Shown here one piece after another: positions 50,464-60,816 of a DNA stretch of 64,000 nt. The stretch covers positions 480,001-544,000 of the forward strand of contig CAXXMD010000002.1 in assembly GCA_963675755.2 (NCBI GenBank), written 5' to 3'. A program made the translations under genes and the position numbers. The stretch comes from a bacterium (GTDB taxonomy: Bacteria; Zhuqueibacterota; Zhuqueibacteria; Residuimicrobiales; Krinioviventaceae). The notes beneath the pieces were generated by a model. That model had not been told where the DNA came from. It worked only from the letters and a program-made list of their open reading frames with translations, and searched no databases. Position 1 is the first letter of the stretch. Each line of letters opens with the position of its first letter.

Positions 50464-51663
50464 ATGTTCTTTGAAAAAAATATATTAATCGGCATTTCAG
50501 GTGGTATTGCTGTTTATAAAGTTGCCGAATTAGTAAGGGCATTCAAGAAAAACGGAGCAAATGTTCGGGTTATTATGACACAATCTGCAACACGTTTTGT
50601 TTCTCCGTTAACCTTTGAAACCCTATCAGAACATGATGTATTGACTGATCTTTTTCCTGAAGGATATAGCAGGCAAACTGCACATATTGGCTGGGCCAGA
50701 TGGGCAGACATTTTTATTATTGCTCCGGCTACATTAAATACAATTGGTAAAGTTGCATCTGGTATTGCTGATAATGCATTAACTACTACTGTTATGGCTG
50801 CAACAATTCCTGTTGTGTTTTGTCCGGCAATGAACAAAGCCATGTATGCAAATTCTCTATATAAAGAGAATGAACAAAAATTGCTAAAACATGGCTATTC
50901 ATTTGTAACTCCGGGTGTTGGTGAATTGGCCTGTGGCGAGCAAGGTGAAGGGCGTCTTGCAGATGTTCAAAGCATTGTAGACACTGCCAAGCTAATTCTC
51001 TTTGGGACAAACGAATTAGAAGGAAAAAAGGTTCTGGTTACTGCAGGACCTACCGAAGAACCTCTTGATCCGGTACGCTATTTAACAAATCGTTCATCCG
51101 GTAAAATGGGTTTTGCTTTAGCAGAGCAGGCAAGAATTCGAGGTGCTGAGGTTACTTTAGTTTCCGGTCCTACACATCTTTTGCCTTTCGGTAATATTAA
51201 TCATGTTTCTGTCCGAACTGCTCAGCAAATGCATGATCGTGTTTTTGACTTGTTACCCGAGATGGATGTGCTGATCATGGCTGCTGCAGTAAGTGATTAT
51301 CGGCCGGAAAAAACATCTGAGCAAAAGCTTAAAAAATCAGATCAAAACCATACTCTGGATTTGACCTTGAATCCTGATATTTTACACAAAGCAGGTCTTT
51401 CCAAAGGAAACAGGATTCATATAGGTTTTTCGGTAGAAACACAAAATGAGTTGGAGCATTCAATGAACAAGCTTCAACATAAAAAATGCGATCTGGTTGT
51501 GATTAACAATCCGCTTGATAAAGATGCCGGTTTTCAGGTTGATACAAACAAGATAACCATTCTTGATAGCGAAGGTAACAGAGAATCATTTCCGGTAATG
51601 TCTAAAAATGATGTTGCGGATGTTGTAATAGACCGGATTATACAATTGTTTACAAAATCTTAA
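50464..51663 (+). CDS. coaBC: phosphopantothenoylcysteine decarboxylase/ligase
   Basis: GGIAVYK, APAT, PAMN, LACGEQGEGR, TAGPTEE.LDPVRY.TNRSSGKMG. Confidence 0.96.
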   Translation: MFFEKNILIGISGGIAVYKVAELVRAFKKNGANVRVIMTQSATRFVSPLTFETLSEHDVLTDLFPEGYSRQTAHIGWARWADIFIIAPATLNTIGKVASGIADNALTTTVMAATIPVVFCPAMNKAMYANSLYKENEQKLLKHGYSFVTPGVGELACGEQGEGRLADVQSIVDTAKLILFGTNELEGKKVLVTAGPTEEPLDPVRYLTNRSSGKMGFALAEQARIRGAEVTLVSGPTHLLPFGNINHVSVRTAQQMHDRVFDLLPEMDVLIMAAAVSDYRPEKTSEQKLKKSDQNHTLDLTLNPDILHKAGLSKGNRIHIGFSVETQNELEHSMNKLQHKKCDLVVINNPLDKDAGFQVDTNKITILDSEGNRESFPVMSKNDVADVVIDRIIQLFTKS

Positions 51664-51692
51664 TATTAATTCATTTTGTTTTTATTATATTT

Positions 51693-52283
51693 ATGCTTAA
51701 TGTCGTTGAAATATTTAATCAATTCCTTGAACAGCAAATAGAGCTGTATGGTGACGACCTTGTAATTGACAAAGGTCTTATAAATTCCCGAAACGAATTG
51801 GTTGATGAAAAAATCGAACAGGATGAGCCTTTTTGGGAAACAAAGGGTGATTCTACAAAAAAAGCCTGGATTATCATTGACGCTGTAACTCGTGATGGTA
51901 ACAGTGTGGCGTTTGATTTAAATGATAACGCAGGTAATTTGTTTGTTAAAATTTTAAAAGCGATTCAATTGACAGTAAATGATTTATTTATCATTTCGGT
52001 AGGAGAGTTGCAAAATAATATTCAATTTGCAACAAGCCAAATTGATGAACTTTTTAGCAATTCCAAACCTGATGCAATTTTGTGTTTTGGTGTTGATGCA
52101 ACAAGAATATTTTTTAAAACGTCTAATATAGAAAAGAATAGAGATCAGGTGATAGATTATAGCGGTGTTAAAGTTTTGACTACTTTTCATCCTGCTAATT
52201 TGCTTAAAGATCCTGCTTTAAAACATGATACCTGGAAAGATGTTCAGGTATTTCAAAAATTGATAGATGCTGTGAATGAGTGA
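51693..52283 (+). CDS. family-4 uracil-DNA glycosylase-like protein, degenerate active-site motifs
   Basis: AGNLFVKIL, KPDAILCFG, TFHPANLL..P..K..TWKD; syntenic position between coaBC and dnaB; lacks GE(A/G)PG and the Fe-S cysteines. Confidence 0.7.
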   Translation: MLNVVEIFNQFLEQQIELYGDDLVIDKGLINSRNELVDEKIEQDEPFWETKGDSTKKAWIIIDAVTRDGNSVAFDLNDNAGNLFVKILKAIQLTVNDLFIISVGELQNNIQFATSQIDELFSNSKPDAILCFGVDATRIFFKTSNIEKNRDQVIDYSGVKVLTTFHPANLLKDPALKHDTWKDVQVFQKLIDAVNE

Positions 52284-53655
52284 TGATCATACAATAACAA
52301 GAGTTCCGCCCCAGGCTATTGAAGCAGAAATGGCAGTTTTAGGTGGAATGATGATAGATAGCCAGGCAGCCAGTACCGTTATGGAAAAGCTGCAGGATGA
52401 TAGCTTTTACAAAGAATCACATAAAAAGATTTTTCAAGCCGGTTTTTCATTATATGAACGCAATGAACCGGTTGATCTGCTAACCGTATCCAATGAACTT
52501 GAGAAACATCAGAGTCTTGAAGCCGTTGGCGGACATTTTTATTTAACTGAACTTGTAGAGCGAATTCCTTCGGCGGCCAATATTGATTATTACTGCAATA
52601 TTGTACGTGATAAGGGATTATTAAGGAAATTGATTACAATTTCCAATGATGTACAGCAGGAATGCTATTCCGCGACTGATGAAGCAATGGATGTAATTGA
52701 CCGAGCAGAGCAGCAGATATTTGCAATATCTGACAATCGTGGAAGAAACCAGTTTGAACACATCGGACCTATTATGCATGAAACCATGGAAAAGATTGAA
52801 GGTTTTCATGAGCATGAAGGAGGTGTTACTGGTGTTACAATCGGTTTTAAAGATATGGATGAGATGCTATCAGGATTTCAAAATTCTGATTTGATTATTT
52901 TAGCGGCACGCCCATCCATGGGAAAAACAGCTTTTGCTTTGAATATCGCCCGGAATGCTGCCATTAAAGGCAACACACCGGTTGGTATTTTTAGCCTTGA
53001 AATGGCTTCTTATCAGTTGGTTATGCGTATGCTGTGCTCTGAAGCCAGAGTAGATTCTCATGCTGTACGTACCGGTAGATTGCCTGAAAATCAATGGCAA
53101 AATCTGAGTCGTGTTGCCGGTCAATTGGCTGAAGCACCAATATATATTGATGATACGCCAGGTTTAAATATTATGGAACTTCGTTCCAAAGCCAGGCGTC
53201 TCAAAGTTGAGCACGATATCGGAATGATTGTAGTCGACTATTTGCAATTGTTACGTGGTGTTGGCAGGGTAGAGAGCCGTCAGATAGAGATTGCACAAAT
53301 TTCTCAATCTCTGAAAAACCTTGCAAAAGAATTGGATATACCCGTACTGTCTCTTTCTCAGCTTTCACGTGCGGTCGAGTCCCGTGGTGGAGATCATCGA
53401 CCCATGTTATCGGATTTGCGTGAATCTGGAGCAATTGAGCAGGATGCAGATGTAGTTATGTTTATTTACCGACCAGCAGCCTATGGAGTTGTTGAGCCGG
53501 AGCTGGAAAATGTGGCAGAAATTATTATTGCTAAACAACGTAATGGCCCGGTAGGTACTGTTGAACTTGTATTCTTGAGGGATTACGTTCAATTTGCTGA
53601 TAAGGATGTGCATCACGCACTTGAAGTTCCAACAATCAAGAGTGATCCATTCTAA
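52276..53655 (+). CDS. dnaB: replicative DNA helicase
   Basis: PPQAIEAE, AARPSMGKT, DYLQL, SQLSR, DLRESGAIEQDAD; no intein. Confidence 0.97.
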   Translation: MSDDHTITRVPPQAIEAEMAVLGGMMIDSQAASTVMEKLQDDSFYKESHKKIFQAGFSLYERNEPVDLLTVSNELEKHQSLEAVGGHFYLTELVERIPSAANIDYYCNIVRDKGLLRKLITISNDVQQECYSATDEAMDVIDRAEQQIFAISDNRGRNQFEHIGPIMHETMEKIEGFHEHEGGVTGVTIGFKDMDEMLSGFQNSDLIILAARPSMGKTAFALNIARNAAIKGNTPVGIFSLEMASYQLVMRMLCSEARVDSHAVRTGRLPENQWQNLSRVAGQLAEAPIYIDDTPGLNIMELRSKARRLKVEHDIGMIVVDYLQLLRGVGRVESRQIEIAQISQSLKNLAKELDIPVLSLSQLSRAVESRGGDHRPMLSDLRESGAIEQDADVVMFIYRPAAYGVVEPELENVAEIIIAKQRNGPVGTVELVFLRDYVQFADKDVHHALEVPTIKSDPF

Positions 53656-53674
53656 ATATATTTGTAGGTGTTAA

Positions 53675-55834
53675 ATGCAGAATGTCCAAAATATAAATCA
53701 TTATACCAATGTGTTTGAAGGACTGCTGCAGCGTATTAAGCGATATAATCAAACAGCAGATATTGATTTATTGCGAAAAGCGTTTGAATACAGTTATCAA
53801 GCTCATATTGATCAGAGTCGTAAATCGGGTGAACCGTATTTCATTCACCCTCTTGAAGTTGCCAAGATACTGACCGGTCTTAAAATGGATTATGAAACCA
53901 TTGCCGGTGGCATGTTACATGATGTTGTTGAAGATACCAATATCAGCATTACGGATCTTGAAAATGAGTTTGGAACTAATATTGCTGTTCTGGTAGACGG
54001 CGTTACAAAAATTTCGGAATTAAAATTGCTGGGTTTTGAAACCCAGCAGTCAGAGAATTTCCGTAAAATGCTGTTATCTATGGTCAAAGATATCAGAGTT
54101 ATTTTGATAAAATTCGCCGACCGTCTCCATAATATGCGAACAATAGACCATTTGCCTGAACACAAGCGTAAAAGAATTGCTTTGGAAACGCGTGAAGTTT
54201 ACGCTCCATTAGCACATCGCTTGGGTTTGGCTAAAATCAAATCTGAACTTGAAGATTTATCTTTGAAAACTTTGGAACCGGATGTTTATCAGGATCTTGC
54301 TAGTCGAATTCAGACGACCAAGAATCAACGTGAAATCGCAATACAACAGGTTACCAGACCTATTCGTAAAGCATTAGCAGAAGCAAAGATCTATGCGCGG
54401 TTCGAAGGAAGAGCAAAGCATTTTTATAGTATATACAACAAGATTAATGTACGGGGCGTAGCTTTTGAAGAAATTTTCGATTTATTGGCTATCCGTATTA
54501 TTGTTGAAAAAATGGAAGAATGTTATCATGCATTGGGTATTGTACACTCTATTTTTAATCCATTGCATGAAAGATTTAAAGATTATATAGCAACACCCAA
54601 GTCCAATGGATATCAGTCTATACACACAACAGTGATTGGTCCAGAGGGTAAAAAATTTGAAATACAGTTGCGTACCGAACAGATGCATAGAACAGCTGAA
54701 GATGGTATTGCGGCACATTGGCGTTACAAAGAAGGTAAACTCCGTGAAGATGATCTGGACAAGCATCTTGTCTGGTTAAGGCAAGTGTTGGACTTTGAAG
54801 ATCCGGATTCCGATAAATCTTCTTTTATGGAACATTTGAAAATCAATCTGTTCCAGGATGAGGTTTTTGTTTTTACGCCAAAAGGTGATTTACACAGGTT
54901 ACCTGTTCGTTCAACACCTGTTGATTTTGCTTTTTCTGTTCACACAGATGTTGGTTTACATACGTTGGCAGCAAAGATTAATGGAAGAATTGTTCCATTA
55001 AGTTACGAACTGAAAAATGGTGATTCTGTAGAAATTATTACTTCTGCAAATCAACGTCCCAATGAAGATTGGTTAAAGTTTGTTACAACCAGTAAAGCCA
55101 AAGGCAAAATTAAAAAGTGGTTACGTGACTCCAAGTTTGAAAGCAGTATACAACTTGGTGGAGAAATGCTGTTAAAAGCTTTACGTAAATTTTCAATAAA
55201 GCTCAAGACAGTTGATCTCAATGATATAGCTCAAAAGATGAAATTAAAAGATGAGAAAGATCTTTTAGCTTCAATTGGGCGAGGAGATACCAAGGTAGAT
55301 ACGGTATTACGACGTATTCTTCCTGAAGATACCCAAAAAACAGCTGATACAAATGTTTTTTCAAAATTACTTGATAAGGCCCGCAAGTCAAGCAAAGGTA
55401 TTCGGGTTGCAGGTATTGATAATGTAATGATCAGCTTTGGTAAATGTTGTAATCCCGTTCCTGGTGAACCTATTACAGGTATAGTTACAAAGGGACGTGG
55501 AATTGTTGTTCATTCAAATAATTGTAATAATCTGCACAAGTTGATGCAGGAACCTGACAGAATTGTTGAAGTTTCCTGGGATGTTGACAAGAACAACCGT
55601 TTTCTTGCAGGACTTTACATTCTTGGAGAACGAAAAAATAATTTATTACCCAATCTGTCAGAAACCATTACAAAAGCAGATTGTATTATAAGCAGCATTA
55701 AAATGACTTCAGAAGATTCTCTAGTTACTTGTATCTTGAGTATTGAAGTATATAATCTGGATCATTTAAAGCATGTTGTAACCCAGATCAATAAAATCGA
55801 TGGTGTGATCTCGGTAAATAGATTTAACGAATGA
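53675..55834 (+). CDS. rel: bifunctional (p)ppGpp synthetase/hydrolase (long RSH)
   Basis: SGEPY, LHDVVED (HD intact), RFKDY, GYQSIHT, TGS and ACT domains. Confidence 0.95.
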   Translation: MQNVQNINHYTNVFEGLLQRIKRYNQTADIDLLRKAFEYSYQAHIDQSRKSGEPYFIHPLEVAKILTGLKMDYETIAGGMLHDVVEDTNISITDLENEFGTNIAVLVDGVTKISELKLLGFETQQSENFRKMLLSMVKDIRVILIKFADRLHNMRTIDHLPEHKRKRIALETREVYAPLAHRLGLAKIKSELEDLSLKTLEPDVYQDLASRIQTTKNQREIAIQQVTRPIRKALAEAKIYARFEGRAKHFYSIYNKINVRGVAFEEIFDLLAIRIIVEKMEECYHALGIVHSIFNPLHERFKDYIATPKSNGYQSIHTTVIGPEGKKFEIQLRTEQMHRTAEDGIAAHWRYKEGKLREDDLDKHLVWLRQVLDFEDPDSDKSSFMEHLKINLFQDEVFVFTPKGDLHRLPVRSTPVDFAFSVHTDVGLHTLAAKINGRIVPLSYELKNGDSVEIITSANQRPNEDWLKFVTTSKAKGKIKKWLRDSKFESSIQLGGEMLLKALRKFSIKLKTVDLNDIAQKMKLKDEKDLLASIGRGDTKVDTVLRRILPEDTQKTADTNVFSKLLDKARKSSKGIRVAGIDNVMISFGKCCNPVPGEPITGIVTKGRGIVVHSNNCNNLHKLMQEPDRIVEVSWDVDKNNRFLAGLYILGERKNNLLPNLSETITKADCIISSIKMTSEDSLVTCILSIEVYNLDHLKHVVTQINKIDGVISVNRFNE

Positions 55835-55885
55835 TTTACTTGAATTACGATAACTGAATTTCACATAACTTAAGGAGTCAAGTCA

Positions 55886-56221
55886 ATGACAACGCAAGTT
55901 ACAAAAAGCACTATAACCAAAAAGGATGTTTCAAAACGAACTGCCAAGATTGTCAATGAAAAAATATATCTTACCGAAAAAGTAGTTGACGGTGTTTTTC
56001 AAGCGCTTCGTGAATTCATGGCAGAAGCCGATCCAGAAGTTCGCATTGAAATCCGTGATTTTGGTGTTTTTGAAGTGAAAAAGACCAAGCCTAAACCAAA
56101 AGCAAGAAATCCGAAAACTGGTGAAATCATTTACGTGCCTGCACGTAGAAAAACACATTTCAAAGCTGGCAAGTTGTTAAAAGAAGTGTTGAAAACCCCA
56201 TTGGATGAACTTGAAGATTGA
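55886..56221 (+). CDS. HU/IHF family DNA-binding protein (IHF-beta-like)
   Basis: IEIRDFGVF, ARNPKTGE, FKAGK. Confidence 0.9.
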   Translation: MTTQVTKSTITKKDVSKRTAKIVNEKIYLTEKVVDGVFQALREFMAEADPEVRIEIRDFGVFEVKKTKPKPKARNPKTGEIIYVPARRKTHFKAGKLLKEVLKTPLDELED

Positions 56222-56251
56222 TAAATTGCAAATGACGGGTTTGATTCTTTT

Positions 56252-56707
56252 ATGAATATGAATGTCCCATTGGGTCGGATTTTAGCTATTGATTTTGGTG
56301 AAAAGCGGATTGGTATTGCTGCTAGTGATCCGATGCAATCTTTGGCTTCAGCATTATGTACAATTGACAATACGCCCAAAAAGAAATTTGCAAAAATTGT
56401 TGATTTGGTACAGCAACATCAAATTGTTGCAATAGTTGTGGGAATGCCCCTCAATATGGATGGATCAATGGGGGATAAAGCTGTTTTGGTCCAGCAATTT
56501 GTTGATAAACTCGAGCTAAGAGTGCCTAAAATTCCTGTCTTTACCTGGGATGAAAGGATGACAACTATTAGTGCTGAAAAAGTTTTGCATGAAGTTGGCA
56601 AAGCTCCTTCAAAAAACAGACATATTATTGATCAGATTGCAGCTGAAATAATTTTGAAATCATTTCTAGACAGACTTTCATTTATCAAACGCAATAGTTC
56701 AATCTAG
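56252..56707 (+). CDS. ruvX: YqgF/RuvX pre-16S rRNA nuclease
   Basis: ILAIDFGEKRIGIA.SD, VGMP, WDERMTT, IDQIAA..IL. Confidence 0.92.
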   Translation: MNMNVPLGRILAIDFGEKRIGIAASDPMQSLASALCTIDNTPKKKFAKIVDLVQQHQIVAIVVGMPLNMDGSMGDKAVLVQQFVDKLELRVPKIPVFTWDERMTTISAEKVLHEVGKAPSKNRHIIDQIAAEIILKSFLDRLSFIKRNSSI

Positions 56708-56765
56708 TATAATAATGATCATTTGCATACAATAGTGTTATCGGATTTTCCTCAGAAGGATGTAG

Positions 56766-58334
56766 ATGAAAAAAAAACTTTTCCTTGCTATACTTACCGG
56801 TCTCTTGTTCGCTGCTGCATTACCACCTTTTAAAACCGGTTTTCTTGCTTACCTTGCACTGGTTCCTTTTTATTTTCAATTAAAAGACCTTGGTATTAAA
56901 GATGCCTTTCGTTGGGGGTATGTAACAGGTGTTTTAGTTGATATATTTACTTTGTTCTGGATTGCCTGGGTTACCAAAGCTGGTTTTTTTGGTGCCTTGT
57001 TGATATTACCTCTGTATTTTAGTATTTATGCAATTTTACATGTGATTTTATTACGAAATTTGAAAAAATGGGCATATATTATTTTGCCATTTTTGTGGGT
57101 ATTTTTTGAATATATACAATCCTTGTCAGAAATTGCTTTCCCCTGGAATTATCTTGGATATACACAATCTTATTATTTGTATTTTATACAAATCGCTGAC
57201 ATAACATCAGTTTTTGGTGTAAGCTTTTGGATTGCTTGCTTGAATGTTCTCATCTATTTGGCAATTTTAAATCGTGATAAATTATCAAATATTTTACGCT
57301 ATGCTATAATTTTTGTAGTAATTTTTATAGTGCCTTTAATTTATGGCATTTACAAATTTAAAACTTTTCGTTCCAGTGAAAATAAAATCAAGGTTGCGCT
57401 TGTACAGGGTAATATCGATCCTTTCGAAAAATGGAATAGAGATCTTGAAGAATCACATTTTAATATATATGCGGATCATACCGCCAAAGCCAGCATGGAA
57501 GATGCCGATCTGGTAATCTGGCCGGAAACCGCAACAGCTTTTTATTTGCGCTATGAAGCAAAATATTTGCAGCGTGTAAGAGACATGCTGGATACAACCA
57601 AAACTGCATTGATAACCGGTTCTATTGATTTTAGTTACGACTCTACCAATGCCTTTATTTATTTCAATTCAGCACTTGGATTTCAGCCCAATCTTCCTTA
57701 TATTCAGCGATATTCGAAAATGATTCTGGTGCCCTTTTCTGAAAAAGTGCCGTACCTGAATTATTTTCCTTTTAATTTGTTGAAACATTTGTTATTTGAC
57801 ATGGAATTAGGTATAGGAAATTATACCAAAGGTGACAAGTACAAGTTGTTTTCTTTTTCAACTCGATCCATTTACGAAAAAGAACCTTATGGATATCGAT
57901 ACAAAGTTGCTGTTCCAATCTGTTTCGAGTCTGTTTTTCCAAATCATATTCGCTTGTTGACTCGTAAAGGTGCAGATATGCTGGCAATTATCACAAACGA
58001 TGCCTGGTTTGGGAAAACAACTGCGCCTTATCAACATACCCAGATTGCAGTTTTTCGAGCAATTGAAAACCGAATCCCTGTTGCGCGTTGCGCTAATACC
58101 GGGGTTTCATGTTTTATTGACCCTTTTGGAAGAGTGTCGGAACAAACTGAAATTTTCAAAGTTGCTAATACCGAAAAGGTTATAGAATTAAGCAATTGTG
58201 ATACTTTATACAAATCATTTGGCAACATTTTTGCTCAAATAGTATCGAGTATTGCTTTAATTGCGGTGCTGTTTTCGATTGTTTTGCAATTTAAAAGGCG
58301 GGGGAGAGGAATTAATAACTTGAACGTGAATTAG
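56766..58334 (+). CDS. lnt: apolipoprotein N-acyltransferase
   Basis: FPW..LGY, VQGNI, WPETA, K..LVPF.E, ICFES, TNDAWF, RAIENR. Confidence 0.95.
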   Translation: MKKKLFLAILTGLLFAAALPPFKTGFLAYLALVPFYFQLKDLGIKDAFRWGYVTGVLVDIFTLFWIAWVTKAGFFGALLILPLYFSIYAILHVILLRNLKKWAYIILPFLWVFFEYIQSLSEIAFPWNYLGYTQSYYLYFIQIADITSVFGVSFWIACLNVLIYLAILNRDKLSNILRYAIIFVVIFIVPLIYGIYKFKTFRSSENKIKVALVQGNIDPFEKWNRDLEESHFNIYADHTAKASMEDADLVIWPETATAFYLRYEAKYLQRVRDMLDTTKTALITGSIDFSYDSTNAFIYFNSALGFQPNLPYIQRYSKMILVPFSEKVPYLNYFPFNLLKHLLFDMELGIGNYTKGDKYKLFSFSTRSIYEKEPYGYRYKVAVPICFESVFPNHIRLLTRKGADMLAIITNDAWFGKTTAPYQHTQIAVFRAIENRIPVARCANTGVSCFIDPFGRVSEQTEIFKVANTEKVIELSNCDTLYKSFGNIFAQIVSSIALIAVLFSIVLQFKRRGRGINNLNVN

Positions 58335-58338
58335 ACTT

Positions 58339-59352
58339 TTGAACAAGATTTTTATATTATTGCTTTTATTGACTATACCTGCTTTTGCAAATAGTCATAT
58401 ATATAACATGACTCATACAATTAAATCGCATTCTATTGCGGTTGGTGATGCGTTTACTGCTGTTAGTAGTGGTTTAAACAGTACAATGTTTAATCCTGCA
58501 ACGTTGGGTTTAAATAAATTTACAAATACTGTTAAATATAATGCTTATTTAAATCCAACTGGTGCATATTCTTTGATTGATGAATATGGTGATATAACTG
58601 ATTCCAGAAATATGGAATCTATGGATTATGTACATCTGTTTGGTTCTGTTTTTAAGGGTTTTACTTTTGCGCGTCCGGCTTTTTCTGCTGCATTGGTATT
58701 ATCTGAACCGTTAATGAACATGAATAGTTTATCAATTGAAGATAGAAACCGAATGATTTCCAGTAAATATTTACTGGATAGTAATTATGATATTTTAACT
58801 TTAAAGCTTGAACTTGCTGAACAAATTGCTATCGGTGCGTCAGGTTTTTTATTTACAACATCTGATGATAGTTCTTTTAATAGGCAAAATGGTACTTCTT
58901 ATGGTGTATTTTTAAAACCATATCCTTTTTTTGCTGTTGGTGTTTGTTATTTTGATGTACCCAAAAATGTATCAGAAATTTTATTTCAAAATAACAGATT
59001 GCTTGATGAAACAATTAATGTTGGTATACAATTTACTGTTGAAAATTTAGCTGTAAATTTAGATGTTCGCAACGTATCTGACGAAGAAAAGCATAATATC
59101 CGTGAAGTTCACACAGGGTTGGAATACAATATATTAAATGTAACCTCTCTTCGCTGTGGTTACTATTATGAACAGGAAAATGATACACATGTATATTCTG
59201 CAGGATTCGGTCTTTTAAATAATAATTTTCTTCATTCAATTGAAGATTCTTTTATTAATAATGATTTTGCCATTAATTATGGTATTCAGTATCGAAAAGG
59301 CCCCCTAAACAATATCTATTATCATTATCTTGGTTTTTTATTGAGATTTTAG
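58339..59352 (+). CDS. hypothetical outer-membrane beta-barrel (PorV/UPF0164-like)
   Basis: Signal peptide, A.GDAFTA....FNPA.L N-terminal motif, LRCGY, C-terminal Phe. Confidence 0.55.
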   Translation: MNKIFILLLLLTIPAFANSHIYNMTHTIKSHSIAVGDAFTAVSSGLNSTMFNPATLGLNKFTNTVKYNAYLNPTGAYSLIDEYGDITDSRNMESMDYVHLFGSVFKGFTFARPAFSAALVLSEPLMNMNSLSIEDRNRMISSKYLLDSNYDILTLKLELAEQIAIGASGFLFTTSDDSSFNRQNGTSYGVFLKPYPFFAVGVCYFDVPKNVSEILFQNNRLLDETINVGIQFTVENLAVNLDVRNVSDEEKHNIREVHTGLEYNILNVTSLRCGYYYEQENDTHVYSAGFGLLNNNFLHSIEDSFINNDFAINYGIQYRKGPLNNIYYHYLGFLLRF

Positions 59353-59378
59353 GAACTTGAATCATTATAAAAAGTTAA

Positions 59379-59996
59379 ATGAACGTATTTGTTAAAACAA
59401 GTTTATTAATTTTTCTTTATGGGCAACTCGTGATTGCTCAGATTAATAATGCCGCTACTTTGAATAATTTAGCAGTATTTAAAAAACTTGTTAACACGAG
59501 TATAGAAAAATATATTGAACCTGTAGAGAACAATAATTCAATTATTTTAAAAGTTCAGGCTCCGGATGATTTTAAATGGATTTTTGAAGAACAAGTATCA
59601 AGTTTAGCAAATAATAATTCTATTGCTGCTGTATACAATTTTCCAAAGACGGACAGTATTCAATCTGCTCTTTTACTCGATATCAATTTACAAAAAAGTA
59701 AAACAGAGTACAAAACATACTCTTTTTTACCAAAAGATAAAATAATTAGATATATCTATCTGGACTATTATATTAAATTAACTCAATCTGATAATAAAGT
59801 ACTTTTATCAGAACAATATACAAATACATATCAAGATACCATTAAATCAGACCAGATAAATCAATTACAGGATATCAATTATCCCTTTACAATAGGTAAA
59901 AAACAAAGCAAAATAAAAAATATATTTGAACCCTTGTTGATTATGTCGGTAACCGGGACGATTATTTATATTTTTTATGCATTCAGGAGTAAATAG
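59379..59996 (+). CDS. hypothetical exported protein with C-terminal membrane anchor
   Basis: N-terminal signal-like segment; C-terminal EPLLIMSVTGTIIYIFYAFRSK. Confidence 0.6.
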   Translation: MNVFVKTSLLIFLYGQLVIAQINNAATLNNLAVFKKLVNTSIEKYIEPVENNNSIILKVQAPDDFKWIFEEQVSSLANNNSIAAVYNFPKTDSIQSALLLDINLQKSKTEYKTYSFLPKDKIIRYIYLDYYIKLTQSDNKVLLSEQYTNTYQDTIKSDQINQLQDINYPFTIGKKQSKIKNIFEPLLIMSVTGTIIYIFYAFRSK

Positions 59997-60015
59997 AAAC
60001 AGGGACAAACCACTT

Positions 60016-60816
60016 ATGAAACTTAAACTTACTACATTACTCGTACTCTTGCTCTCAATTCTGTTTTTGACAGCATGTGGATCAAAAAAATTAAAACCCA
60101 ATCTTCCCATTGAAGAACGAATGAAGCTCGCGATTGAAATGTTTGAAAAAGAAGATTATTATGATGCTAAAACTCAATTCAGAATTGTTACACTGAGTTA
60201 CAGTGGGCATGCTATGGCTGATAAAGCTCAGTTTTATTTAGCAGAATGCCATTTTTATGAAAAAGAATACATCCTTTCAGCGAGTGAATATGAAAGATTG
60301 ATAAAGGTTTTCCCGAATTCAGAATATGTTGATGATGCTAAATATAAACTTGGTAAAAGTTACAGCATGCTTGCACCAAATCCTGCATTAGATCAAGAAT
60401 ACACGGAAAAAGCAATCAAAGAATATCAGGAATTTCTTGAAGATTATTATTTCAGCCCATTGGTTGAAACCGTTGAAAAAGAACTTGCTACCGCTAAAAA
60501 CAAAATGGCTAAAAAATTATATGATGCGGCTACCCAATATCGTAAAATGAGCCAATCACAAGCTGCTATTATCTATTACAACAAAGTTCTTGAAGGATAT
60601 TATGAATCTGATTATGCTCCATTATCCCAATACTGGATTGGTGAATGTCATAAACGTTTAAAAGAATATACCAATGCACGTGATGCCTATAATTCATTTA
60701 TTGAAAAATATCCCAAACATGATTTAATCTCAAAAGCAAGAGAACGGTTGGAGGATATTCAAGATGAAATTGCCAAACAGGAAAAAGAATCAGACAAGGG
60801 AGATACAAATACTTGA
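60016..60816 (+). CDS. bamD: outer membrane assembly lipoprotein BamD
   Basis: Lipobox LTAC, TPRs, FPNSEYVDDA, LDQEYTEKAI; ATG at 60016. Confidence 0.88.
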   Translation: MKLKLTTLLVLLLSILFLTACGSKKLKPNLPIEERMKLAIEMFEKEDYYDAKTQFRIVTLSYSGHAMADKAQFYLAECHFYEKEYILSASEYERLIKVFPNSEYVDDAKYKLGKSYSMLAPNPALDQEYTEKAIKEYQEFLEDYYFSPLVETVEKELATAKNKMAKKLYDAATQYRKMSQSQAAIIYYNKVLEGYYESDYAPLSQYWIGECHKRLKEYTNARDAYNSFIEKYPKHDLISKARERLEDIQDEIAKQEKESDKGDTNT

